Of a stretch of 53,723 nucleotides of DNA, positions 46,476 through 53,382 are shown in pieces. Source of the stretch: a virus (taxonomy: Duplodnaviria; Caudoviricetes); the IMG/VR virus record IMGVR_UViG_3300000317_000004, positions 1 through 53,723 of that record; one strand, 5' to 3'. Made by a program: the position numbers and the translations under genes. The notes under the pieces are model-generated. The model had not been told where the DNA came from and made no database searches. It saw only the letters and a list, made by a program, of their open reading frames with translations. The first letter of the stretch is position 1, and every line of letters starts with the position of its first letter.

Positions 46476-49187
46476 GTGAGAAAGCTACTATTTTTTGTCG
46501 GATTTTTTATTTCGTTGGGAATGGCAATGGCGGGGTCGTCCGACACGGATTCCCTTGTTGTTGTCGGAGGAGCTACTATCAATCGAACGCATTCACATTT
46601 CGTGGACGCGGATTCAATCGGAATCTCACAGACAAAAAATGCGGGTAGTAGATGCGATTCCGTGGCTGTAATTAAAGATCAAAAATTGAGATTTAGAACG
46701 TTGACAGAGCTTGCAACCGACTTGGGGGGAATAGCCGGTGATTCTGTGCGAGCGGCGTATAAATCGGATACTACTATCCGGGCAAAAGAGGCGTGGCTTG
46801 CATTCACGGCTTACTATGCAGACTCGTGTTTTAAGGCCGATTCCTGCCGGATTGCTTTACGAGCACATAGTGCAGATACATCCGATACCTGCAAAGGCGG
46901 CGCGGCAAGGGCGGTGCAATGGAACGGCAAATCTATGCCGTCCACGACTACGGATGGAACATTATACAATACAGCAGGAACACTCTCTTGGAATAATTTG
47001 TCATTGATATATCAGCCGCTTTCGTCGATTCTTACTTCAGTCGCGGCGCTTTCCGGTAGTTCAACCGGCTTGATAAAGTTGACCAATGGCACGGCCAGTC
47101 TGGATGCAACGGCCTACGGAACCGGCTCTGTGACCAGTGTTGCCATGACGGTCCCGACGGGACTGACCATTTCCGGCAGTCCGATAACTACTTCGGGGAC
47201 GTTGGGCTTGAGTTTAACGAGTGGATACAGTATACCGACGACCGCAAATCAAACTAATTGGAGCAGCGCGTACACATTTACCAGCGGGTTTACAACGAAT
47301 TACCCGGATCTGGTAGCCATTGAAGCATTGACGGGAACTGCTGGGTTTTTGAAAAAAACTGCGACCAATACGTGGGCGTTGGATAACTCCACGTACTTGA
47401 CGGGTAATCAGACAATTACGTTGTCGGGAGACATATCCGGTTCAGGGGCGACGTCAATAACCATGACACTGCCGACTATAAATAGTAATGTTGGGACATA
47501 TCAGGGCATTACTGTTAATGCAAAGGGTCAAGTGACGGCAGCAGCAAATCAGAGTTATCTGACCGGCAACCAGACCATAACCCTGTCGGGCGATGTTTCA
47601 GGGAGCGGTACAACAGCAATCACTGCGACGCTGGCAAACAGCGGAGTAACTGCCGGAACGTATGGCGCGTTGACAGTTAGCGCGAAGGGGCTGGCTACCA
47701 GCGGAACGACAATCTGCCCGGTTGCAAACGGGGGGACGGGGTTGTCGTCGCTTGGCACTGTGGGCACGGCTATGCTGGCGTTCACAAATTTAAACGCAGG
47801 ATTTCTGAAATGGAGCGGAAGCGCGTTGAGTATTGATATGACTACATATCTCACCTCTGCAACTGGGGCTCCCCTAATACACGGCTGTTCGGCGGGATAC
47901 ATACCATACGCCACGTCAACGACGGCGTGGGGGAATAGCCCGATGTATTACAATGGAACCAACATAAAATTGACCGACTCTTATGCGGGAGACAATGCGT
48001 CATTTATTATATCATCAAGCGGAACATCCAACGAGAATGGAAAATATAGAGGGTTGAGTATATGGACACAGTCAACAAATGTCACTACGCCATACGAAAC
48101 AACCAGGTTAACATCATATTGGTCGTCAACAACCTCGGAATCAACGAAATTTACAATTGCTCAGCGTGGCTATGGGGGAAACTTATATGATGTGTTAACA
48201 ATATTAGGCAGCGCATCGACAAGTGCAGCTTCTCCGGCTGTCGGCATCGGCACGACGAGTCCAGTGAGGGCGGATAATGCAGCAGTAACTTTTCAAATTG
48301 GCGACAGAAATGTAATCCAAAATACGGTTGGATCTCAAACCAATATATCTAACAATGCGTACTATGATGGGACGAGTTGGAAATATATTGTATCCGACTA
48401 CGCAATGTCAATTAGGATGAACGGCTTGGGAAACACAGGTACGACGCCAGGTGCTATAACTTTCACCTGTTCACCGTCTGGGGCTGCGGGAGCCTCAATA
48501 ACTAATCACGACGGTTCAGATGTAAGGATGGTAATCCTTAACAATGGCAACGTCGGCATCGGCACGACGAGCCCGACGAACGGCAAATTAGACGTTGAAA
48601 CAACCTCAGGCTATGCGATATATGCGTATAGTTCCGGATCAGGAACATCTGCGATTTACGGCACGGCGACAAATTCTGGAGCTGTTGGAATAACTGGCGT
48701 GGGCAATAGTGCGGGAGTTTGGGGAACTGGGACAACGTATGGCGTAGGTGGAGAGGGCAACGTCGGCGTGTATGGATCATCATCTGCGAGCAATGGGACA
48801 GGTGGATATTTTACAAATAGTAACAGCACTGGCGGAACTGGCATTTATGGTTCGGGATTCAATTACGGTGTGAGAGGTGTTTGTACAAGCACGTCGGGTT
48901 ACGCCGGATATTTTGAGGGTCATACTGGGCGCAACGTAACTGTGAAATCTCCCTCCGCAGCATATACGCTTAATGTTGCGTCTGAAACTTCGGATGTTTT
49001 TGTTTTTACAACAGCATACACTGTTACAATGGGAACGGGCAATAATAACGGGGACATTGTGTATATTGTCAACGCTTCGGGGAGTCTTTTTACATTACAA
49101 GGATCAAGCCGCTACGGAACCGTTTATAACGGAAGTTGCGCGGCTTGTACTTATTACAGCGGCGCATGGTATATTATGTTTTATTAA
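46476..49187 (+). CDS. Tail-fibre-like protein 2 with signal-peptide-like N-terminus
   Basis: GTGSVTSVA..VPTGL.ISGSPITTSGT, YLTGNQTITLSGD x2, GNVGIGTTSP, Gly-rich GVYG repeats. Confidence 0.8.
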   Translation: MRKLLFFVGFFISLGMAMAGSSDTDSLVVVGGATINRTHSHFVDADSIGISQTKNAGSRCDSVAVIKDQKLRFRTLTELATDLGGIAGDSVRAAYKSDTTIRAKEAWLAFTAYYADSCFKADSCRIALRAHSADTSDTCKGGAARAVQWNGKSMPSTTTDGTLYNTAGTLSWNNLSLIYQPLSSILTSVAALSGSSTGLIKLTNGTASLDATAYGTGSVTSVAMTVPTGLTISGSPITTSGTLGLSLTSGYSIPTTANQTNWSSAYTFTSGFTTNYPDLVAIEALTGTAGFLKKTATNTWALDNSTYLTGNQTITLSGDISGSGATSITMTLPTINSNVGTYQGITVNAKGQVTAAANQSYLTGNQTITLSGDVSGSGTTAITATLANSGVTAGTYGALTVSAKGLATSGTTICPVANGGTGLSSLGTVGTAMLAFTNLNAGFLKWSGSALSIDMTTYLTSATGAPLIHGCSAGYIPYATSTTAWGNSPMYYNGTNIKLTDSYAGDNASFIISSSGTSNENGKYRGLSIWTQSTNVTTPYETTRLTSYWSSTTSESTKFTIAQRGYGGNLYDVLTILGSASTSAASPAVGIGTTSPVRADNAAVTFQIGDRNVIQNTVGSQTNISNNAYYDGTSWKYIVSDYAMSIRMNGLGNTGTTPGAITFTCSPSGAAGASITNHDGSDVRMVILNNGNVGIGTTSPTNGKLDVETTSGYAIYAYSSGSGTSAIYGTATNSGAVGITGVGNSAGVWGTGTTYGVGGEGNVGVYGSSSASNGTGGYFTNSNSTGGTGIYGSGFNYGVRGVCTSTSGYAGYFEGHTGRNVTVKSPSAAYTLNVASETSDVFVFTTAYTVTMGTGNNNGDIVYIVNASGSLFTLQGSSRYGTVYNGSCAACTYYSGAWYIMFY

Positions 49188-49217
49188 GCTATTTTTAATT
49201 TTTTCAAGGGAGGTTTT

Positions 49218-49562
49218 ATGCGGTTTTTTTTCGGTCTTGTATTGATTGCGGTTTTGGCTTCGGGTTGCTTTGGAAAAGATTCAACTGCGGTTAAACCGCC
49301 TATCAAACCACCTGCTCCGGTTGTCGCTGCCCATGCCATGGTCAATGATACCACGATTGACCAGTTTCCGCTTCCACAGGGCGCGTTAATAGTGAGTCAC
49401 GATAGTATGGCTCACGTGACGTATATTGATACTATCAACAACGTTCGAATAGATGATTATTTTCAGAACAAGAATAAAAATACGGAGTCTGTAGTAGATG
49501 GGAAACATTATTCCGTGTTCAAGGCGGTGAAGAAATTTATCAATTGGGAGTTGGTAAAATGA
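49218..49562 (+). CDS. Exported protein/possible lipoprotein
   Basis: MRFFFGLVLIAVLASGC lipobox-like; Pro-rich linker. Confidence 0.6.
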   Translation: MRFFFGLVLIAVLASGCFGKDSTAVKPPIKPPAPVVAAHAMVNDTTIDQFPLPQGALIVSHDSMAHVTYIDTINNVRIDDYFQNKNKNTESVVDGKHYSVFKAVKKFINWELVK

Positions 49563-49688
49563 TTACATTTATTATTATTTACTTTTGCGTAATATTTATA
49601 GCCACTGCCATATTTCACCTTTTCGTAAATGGCAAGGCTAAAGATAAAAACAACTTTAAGGATTGGATAGATTGAACCGGAGGTAAAT

Positions 49689-50105
49689 ATGTACTTTCTC
49701 AGACATTTTGCTCCGTGGGAGTTTGTCCCCCGGATTTTTTACGAGAAAATGGGGACAGACTGCTTACAACTTGTGAACACGGTTATGCTTGCCACAGCAG
49801 ATGATCTTCGAGACTATTTCAGCAGGCCGGTTGTATGCAATAACTACCTCGGCAGCGGAACAAATGAATACCGTGGATTCCGCCCGGCATTTTGCACTGT
49901 GGGTGCGGCTGAGTCTATGCACCGGATCGGCGGGGCATTAGACCTCACCATACAGGGAGTATCGGCGGAAGAGGCACGGCAAGCAATCCTGAAGCATTCG
50001 GACAAGTTTCCATACATCACCCGTATGGAATCAGGCGTGGACTGGCTGCATATTGATAATAAGAAAACCAATGTTGAACGAATCACACTTTTCAAGGCGA
50101 CATAA
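49689..50105 (+). CDS. Endolysin, peptidase M15 family
   Basis: RGFR....GA..SMH..G.ALD...WLHID zinc ligands. Confidence 0.85.
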   Translation: MYFLRHFAPWEFVPRIFYEKMGTDCLQLVNTVMLATADDLRDYFSRPVVCNNYLGSGTNEYRGFRPAFCTVGAAESMHRIGGALDLTIQGVSAEEARQAILKHSDKFPYITRMESGVDWLHIDNKKTNVERITLFKAT

Positions 50106-50285
50106 ATGGATTTAAACCGTGCAGTAAAATTAAGATTTCGAGAAAATAACATGCTGAAAAGTCAAGGACTTGATATTGATAGTTTGATTAAGCAACGGGA
50201 AAAACTAAAAGCTATTAACGTCACAAATTGTTACCCTGAAGAGCATGAAGAGGAAATCGAAAATTAAATAGAAAGCGAAAAGACC

Positions 50286-50549
50286 ATGGCAACATCAACA
50301 GCTATAGAATTGGCAATAGATCAAGCTATAGACGAGCATATTGATAAATGCAAACAGGAACTTCCGTCAAAATTTATCATGTGGCGATGGCTTGTACCTA
50401 TTTTAATTGGAGCAATTACTGTAGTTGCCGGAGCAACATTATGGGTATCTGATCGTTTTGGAAAAGTTGAGAATCGTATGACGGCTATTGAGACATCAAC
50501 TAAATATGTAGCAGATAGAATTGACGAAGCGATAAAGTTGAAAAAATAG
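50286..50549 (+). CDS. Single-TM coiled-coil protein (holin/lysis-associated)
   Basis: TM helix then ENRMTAIET; follows endolysin. Confidence 0.5.
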   Translation: MATSTAIELAIDQAIDEHIDKCKQELPSKFIMWRWLVPILIGAITVVAGATLWVSDRFGKVENRMTAIETSTKYVADRIDEAIKLKK

Positions 50550-50576
50550 CAACTTATAAATCTGATCCTTTTTTAC

Positions 50577-50601
50577 AAGGGCGGCTTTGGTCGCCTTTTT
50601 T
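50577..50601 (+). terminator. Intrinsic terminator ending late operon
   Basis: AAGGGCGGC-TTTG-GTCGCCTTTTTT. Confidence 0.75.
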
Positions 50602-50626
50602 ATTTTGAAGAAATAATAAAAATAGT

Positions 50627-50655
50627 TTGACTCTTTTTATTTTATACATTATATT
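50627..50655 (+). promoter_or_regulatory. Sigma70-like promoter upstream of cassette array (Pc-like)
   Basis: TTGACT-17-TATATT, ATG 8 nt downstream. Confidence 0.75.
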
Positions 50656-50662
50656 TAATATT

Positions 50663-50914
50663 ATGAAAACAAAAACAACGAATATTACTGTGCCAATTCA
50701 GGTTCCGATCACAACAACAGTGGCTTTGAAACGGTTGGCATTATTAGTATCGGAAAAAGCCGGAACGTGTAATCGGAATTCAGTCGAGACCGGAACCGGA
50801 AAATCTATCAGTCATGGATATAATCATGCGTTGCTATTAGCAGCAAAATATTATGGATTAGTCGATTTGACAAAAATTGATGGTTGGTATAGTCAATATA
50901 AATCAAGGGTTTAA
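50663..50914 (+). CDS. Probable leaderless small DNA-binding (RHH-like) protein
   Basis: TVPIQVP.....ALKRLA strand-helix pattern. Confidence 0.55.
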   Translation: MKTKTTNITVPIQVPITTTVALKRLALLVSEKAGTCNRNSVETGTGKSISHGYNHALLLAAKYYGLVDLTKIDGWYSQYKSRV

Positions 50915-50978
50915 CATTATATGTTTCGCACTTGATGTAGTTGTACGCAATTGTCACCTTTTGAGTTTAGGAGTTTTT

Positions 50979-51221
50979 ATGCTTTGCGACGATATAAAAG
51001 TTATCGATTTTTTACACGACCGTGATTTTTTCCCAGACGACAATGGTGCATGGGGGCGCATAAAAAAGGTTTTGGAAGCGGTGCCAACATGCGCACAACA
51101 CACGCAGCCTACAAAGTGCCTTGGATGTGAGTATTGGCAAGGTTTACATGGTAATATTTGCATTCGTGGCAGCTCCGATCAGTATTGCGTTAAAGTCGGC
51201 ACTCAGCAGGCGGGTGCGTGA
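50979..51221 (+). CDS. Cassette 1 hypothetical protein; Cys-rich tail encoded by hairpin
   Basis: AGGAG RBS; cassette 50941-51225. Confidence 0.75.
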   Translation: MLCDDIKVIDFLHDRDFFPDDNGAWGRIKKVLEAVPTCAQHTQPTKCLGCEYWQGLHGNICIRGSSDQYCVKVGTQQAGA

Positions 51222-51231
51222 AACGTTGTAA
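51093..51231 (+). repeat. attC-like site 1
   Basis: GCACAAC-A-CACGCA-GCCT..AGTGCC ... GGCACT..AGGC-GGG-TGCGTG-AAAC-GTTGTAA. Confidence 0.85.
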
Positions 51232-51288
51232 GAAATAAACCAGCCATTTTAAATTATTATGGCGGCTCACATAAACGAAAGGTTTGTA

Positions 51289-51633
51289 ATGGAACAGTCT
51301 AAGATCGCCCGCATTTGTCACGAAGTTAATCGTGCTTACTGTCAATCAATAGGGGATTTTTCTCAGCCCTCTTGGGACGAAGCTCCTGAGTGGCAAAAAA
51401 GTTCAGCTGTAAACGGTGTTCAGTTCCACATTGATAATCCAGATGCACCGCCATCGGCATCACATGACTCTTGGCTTAAACAAAAAGCGGAGGAAGGTTG
51501 GAAGTATGGGGCTGTGAAAAATCCCGAAACTAAGGAACATCCTTGTTTTGTTCCCTACGAACAGTTGCCAGTCGAGCAGCGGGCGAAAGATTTCATATTC
51601 ACCAGTATTGTAAACGAGCTTAAAGCCGCCTAA
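51289..51633 (+). CDS. Cassette 2 RyR-domain protein
   Basis: H.SW...K...GWKYG.VK....KEHPC.VPYEQLP..QR.KD; cassette 51226-51718. Confidence 0.85.
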   Translation: MEQSKIARICHEVNRAYCQSIGDFSQPSWDEAPEWQKSSAVNGVQFHIDNPDAPPSASHDSWLKQKAEEGWKYGAVKNPETKEHPCFVPYEQLPVEQRAKDFIFTSIVNELKAA

Positions 51634-51656
51634 TTTGCGGAAGGCTGGTTTACATC

Positions 51657-51724
51657 TTACAACAGGCGCGTTACGTTCGCTTCGCCAATAGCAAGGCTAC
51701 TGCGTAACACGCCGGACGTTGTAG
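51657..51724 (+). repeat. attC-like site 2
   Basis: TTACAAC-A-GGCGCGTTACG ... CGTAACACGCC-GGAC-GTTGTAG. Confidence 0.88.
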
Positions 51725-51755
51725 TCAATTGTCAAGCGCAAAGAAAGGATATTAT

Positions 51756-51986
51756 ATGCCCGCCGAAAAATTGAAACCGTGTCCATTCTGCGGAATGAAA
51801 CTTGTTTTTCAATTAAATGGTTGGTGGGCGCATCCTGCTAATTATGGGTGTGTTTGTCCCATAGACGGTTTGCGTGTGGACGATAATACTACCTCAATCG
51901 AGGCATGGAATCGGCGGGCGGACATTAGAGAATGCGCTTGCCAACAGCCTACAACAGCCGCAGCCCAAAATACGGCAGAACATTAA
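51756..51986 (+). CDS. Cassette 3 Lar-like restriction alleviation protein
   Basis: LKPCPFCG ... C..C ... IEAWNRRA; cassette 51719-52033. Confidence 0.75.
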   Translation: MPAEKLKPCPFCGMKLVFQLNGWWAHPANYGCVCPIDGLRVDDNTTSIEAWNRRADIRECACQQPTTAAAQNTAEH

Positions 51987-52039
51987 GGATTATTGAATTT
52001 GATAGGCCGTACTTCGGGCAAGTGCGGCAAACGTTAGAG
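51949..52039 (+). repeat. attC-like site 3
   Basis: CTACAAC-A-GCCGCA-GCCC-AAAA-TACGGC ... GCCGTA-CTTC-GGGC-AAG-TGCGGC-AAAC-GTTAGAG. Confidence 0.9.
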
Positions 52040-52097
52040 GCAATATTTCTGCCAATATAAATTATAGGCGGGCGCGAAAACCAATAAAGGAGGAATC

Positions 52098-52541
52098 ATG
52101 GAATTAACAAGCAGCAACGTTGATACAGTATTAGAAGATTGCCTATTTGATCACAAGCCGAGCGATGCGGAAAAGATTTCTTCTCCATCGGCTGACGGGA
52201 TTATGGCAACATTTCACTTTGACCCAAAGAAACTTTCTATCCACAAAGAAGATATATGTTCCATGCTCGCCGAATTACCGGACGCTTTTCAACAGGACGG
52301 TGGCGGAGGTATGTCATTTTTAAACGCCTGCATAACTCGCAGCGGCAACCAGTGGGGCGAGCATAGAAGTATAGATTTACTTTTTATGTTAGGCATGGCA
52401 ATCGGAAAAGTGAAATGTTGCTTTTCAAGAGAAATGTGGAATACTCTTCCTGGCGGGATGCCGTATTACGTAGTTCTTAAAGACGCGCCCGCAGAAAAGC
52501 AAGGAATGGCAGAAACACAGCCTCTAACAGCGGTAGGCTAA
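52098..52541 (+). CDS. Cassette 4 conserved phage hypothetical protein
   Basis: AGGAGG RBS; LP..F....GGG.SFL.AC....G.QWG.H...W..LPGGMPY; cassette 52034-52594. Confidence 0.8.
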   Translation: MELTSSNVDTVLEDCLFDHKPSDAEKISSPSADGIMATFHFDPKKLSIHKEDICSMLAELPDAFQQDGGGGMSFLNACITRSGNQWGEHRSIDLLFMLGMAIGKVKCCFSREMWNTLPGGMPYYVVLKDAPAEKQGMAETQPLTAVG

Positions 52542-52600
52542 AATGCCGGTTAGCAATATGCGGTCTTACGGCACTTCAGCCGTACCGCAACACGTTGTAC
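52522..52600 (+). repeat. attC-like site 4
   Basis: CTCTAAC-A-GCGGTA-GGCT-AAAA-TGCCG ... CGGCA-CTTC-AGCC-G-TACCGC-AACAC-GTTGTAC. Confidence 0.9.
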
Positions 52601-52632
52601 AAAAGTTTTAACGCTTTTATTAAGGAGTTTTA

Positions 52633-52893
52633 ATGCGCGTGTACGACATACAAATAGTGGATGAGCATATCTGTGCCACTGATCCGTCACAAAAGGTGTT
52701 GGACTCATGGGTGCGCATTAAAAAGGACGCTGCGGAGGCGTCAAAACCTTCGCACAACGTTCGCGATTATGCGGCGGCGCTTCGTGTACTTCACGAATAT
52801 CGTGCTTTGCCAACTACCAGTGGTGTTTCGACACTTTTTGATAGCTGGGTAAGGCAGCGCCTCAATTCGGCCAAAGCGCCGAACTGCGCATAA
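52633..52893 (+). CDS. Cassette 5 hypothetical protein, translated through hairpin
   Basis: AAGGAG RBS; cassette 52595-52902. Confidence 0.75.
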   Translation: MRVYDIQIVDEHICATDPSQKVLDSWVRIKKDAAEASKPSHNVRDYAAALRVLHEYRALPTTSGVSTLFDSWVRQRLNSAKAPNCA

Positions 52894-52908
52894 TCGCGAA
52901 CGTTGTAT
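52752..52908 (+). repeat. attC-like site 5
   Basis: GCACAAC-GTTCGCGATTATGCG..CGGCGCTT ... AAGCGCCG..CGCATAATCGCGAAC-GTTGTAT. Confidence 0.88.
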
Positions 52909-52960
52909 GCAATTTGCAAACCTTCTGAAATTATAGGCCGCGCCAAGAAAGGATAAAGAC

Positions 52961-53281
52961 ATGCTTGCAGAATATCAGGCGCAGAATCAAACCGATGAGA
53001 ACGGCAACCCCACGGGCGGCAGCGTTCGAGGAACTGGGCTCGCGGTCGATTGGCAAAACGGCCCCCTGGGTCGCGGCGAAGATCGGAAGGAACCGAACGG
53101 TGCATTTGTCGAGACGGTTATTGATGCCGCCCGGCAGCGTATCGAGTTTTATCAAGCCTCACAGTTTAAGTGTCGCGAGAATGCCATCGCTATCACCAAG
53201 CTGGAAGAGGCGCTTCTTTGGCTTAACAAACGCACGGCTGACCGCGAGAAGCGGAATGTCGAAGGCGAGCACAAAATCTAA
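52961..53281 (+). CDS. tad1: Cassette 6 Tad1-family anti-Thoeris nucleotide sponge
   Basis: WQNGP...NG....VI.....RI..YQ...F.CRENA.AITKLEEALLWL..RT.DR..RNVEG matches the Tad1 C-terminal signature as I recall it; cassette 52903-53341. Confidence 0.82.
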   Translation: MLAEYQAQNQTDENGNPTGGSVRGTGLAVDWQNGPLGRGEDRKEPNGAFVETVIDAARQRIEFYQASQFKCRENAIAITKLEEALLWLNKRTADREKRNVEGEHKI

Positions 53282-53323
53282 AACCAAGAGGCGCGGCGGG
53301 ATAATGCGGAAGGTTTGCAAACA

Positions 53324-53347
53324 GCACACGTGCGGCAAACGTTGTAT
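53324..53347 (+). repeat. Internally deleted attC-like site 6
   Basis: GCACAC joined directly to GTGCGGC-AAAC-GTTGTAT (same right end as site 3). Confidence 0.75.
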
Positions 53348-53382
53348 GCAATGCCTGCCGAACCATGTTATAGGAGGCGCAC

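Noticed and set aside
46476-49187. Diversity-generating retroelement acting on fibres
   Set aside because: No reverse transcriptase and no TR/VR pair with adenine-specific differences; internal repeats are ordinary fibre repeats.
50940-53347. CRISPR array or plain terminator/REP series as explanation for the recurring palindromes
   Set aside because: Repeats vary in sequence and length, are separated by whole genes, lack U-tracts, and show cross-cassette core complementarity; no cas genes.
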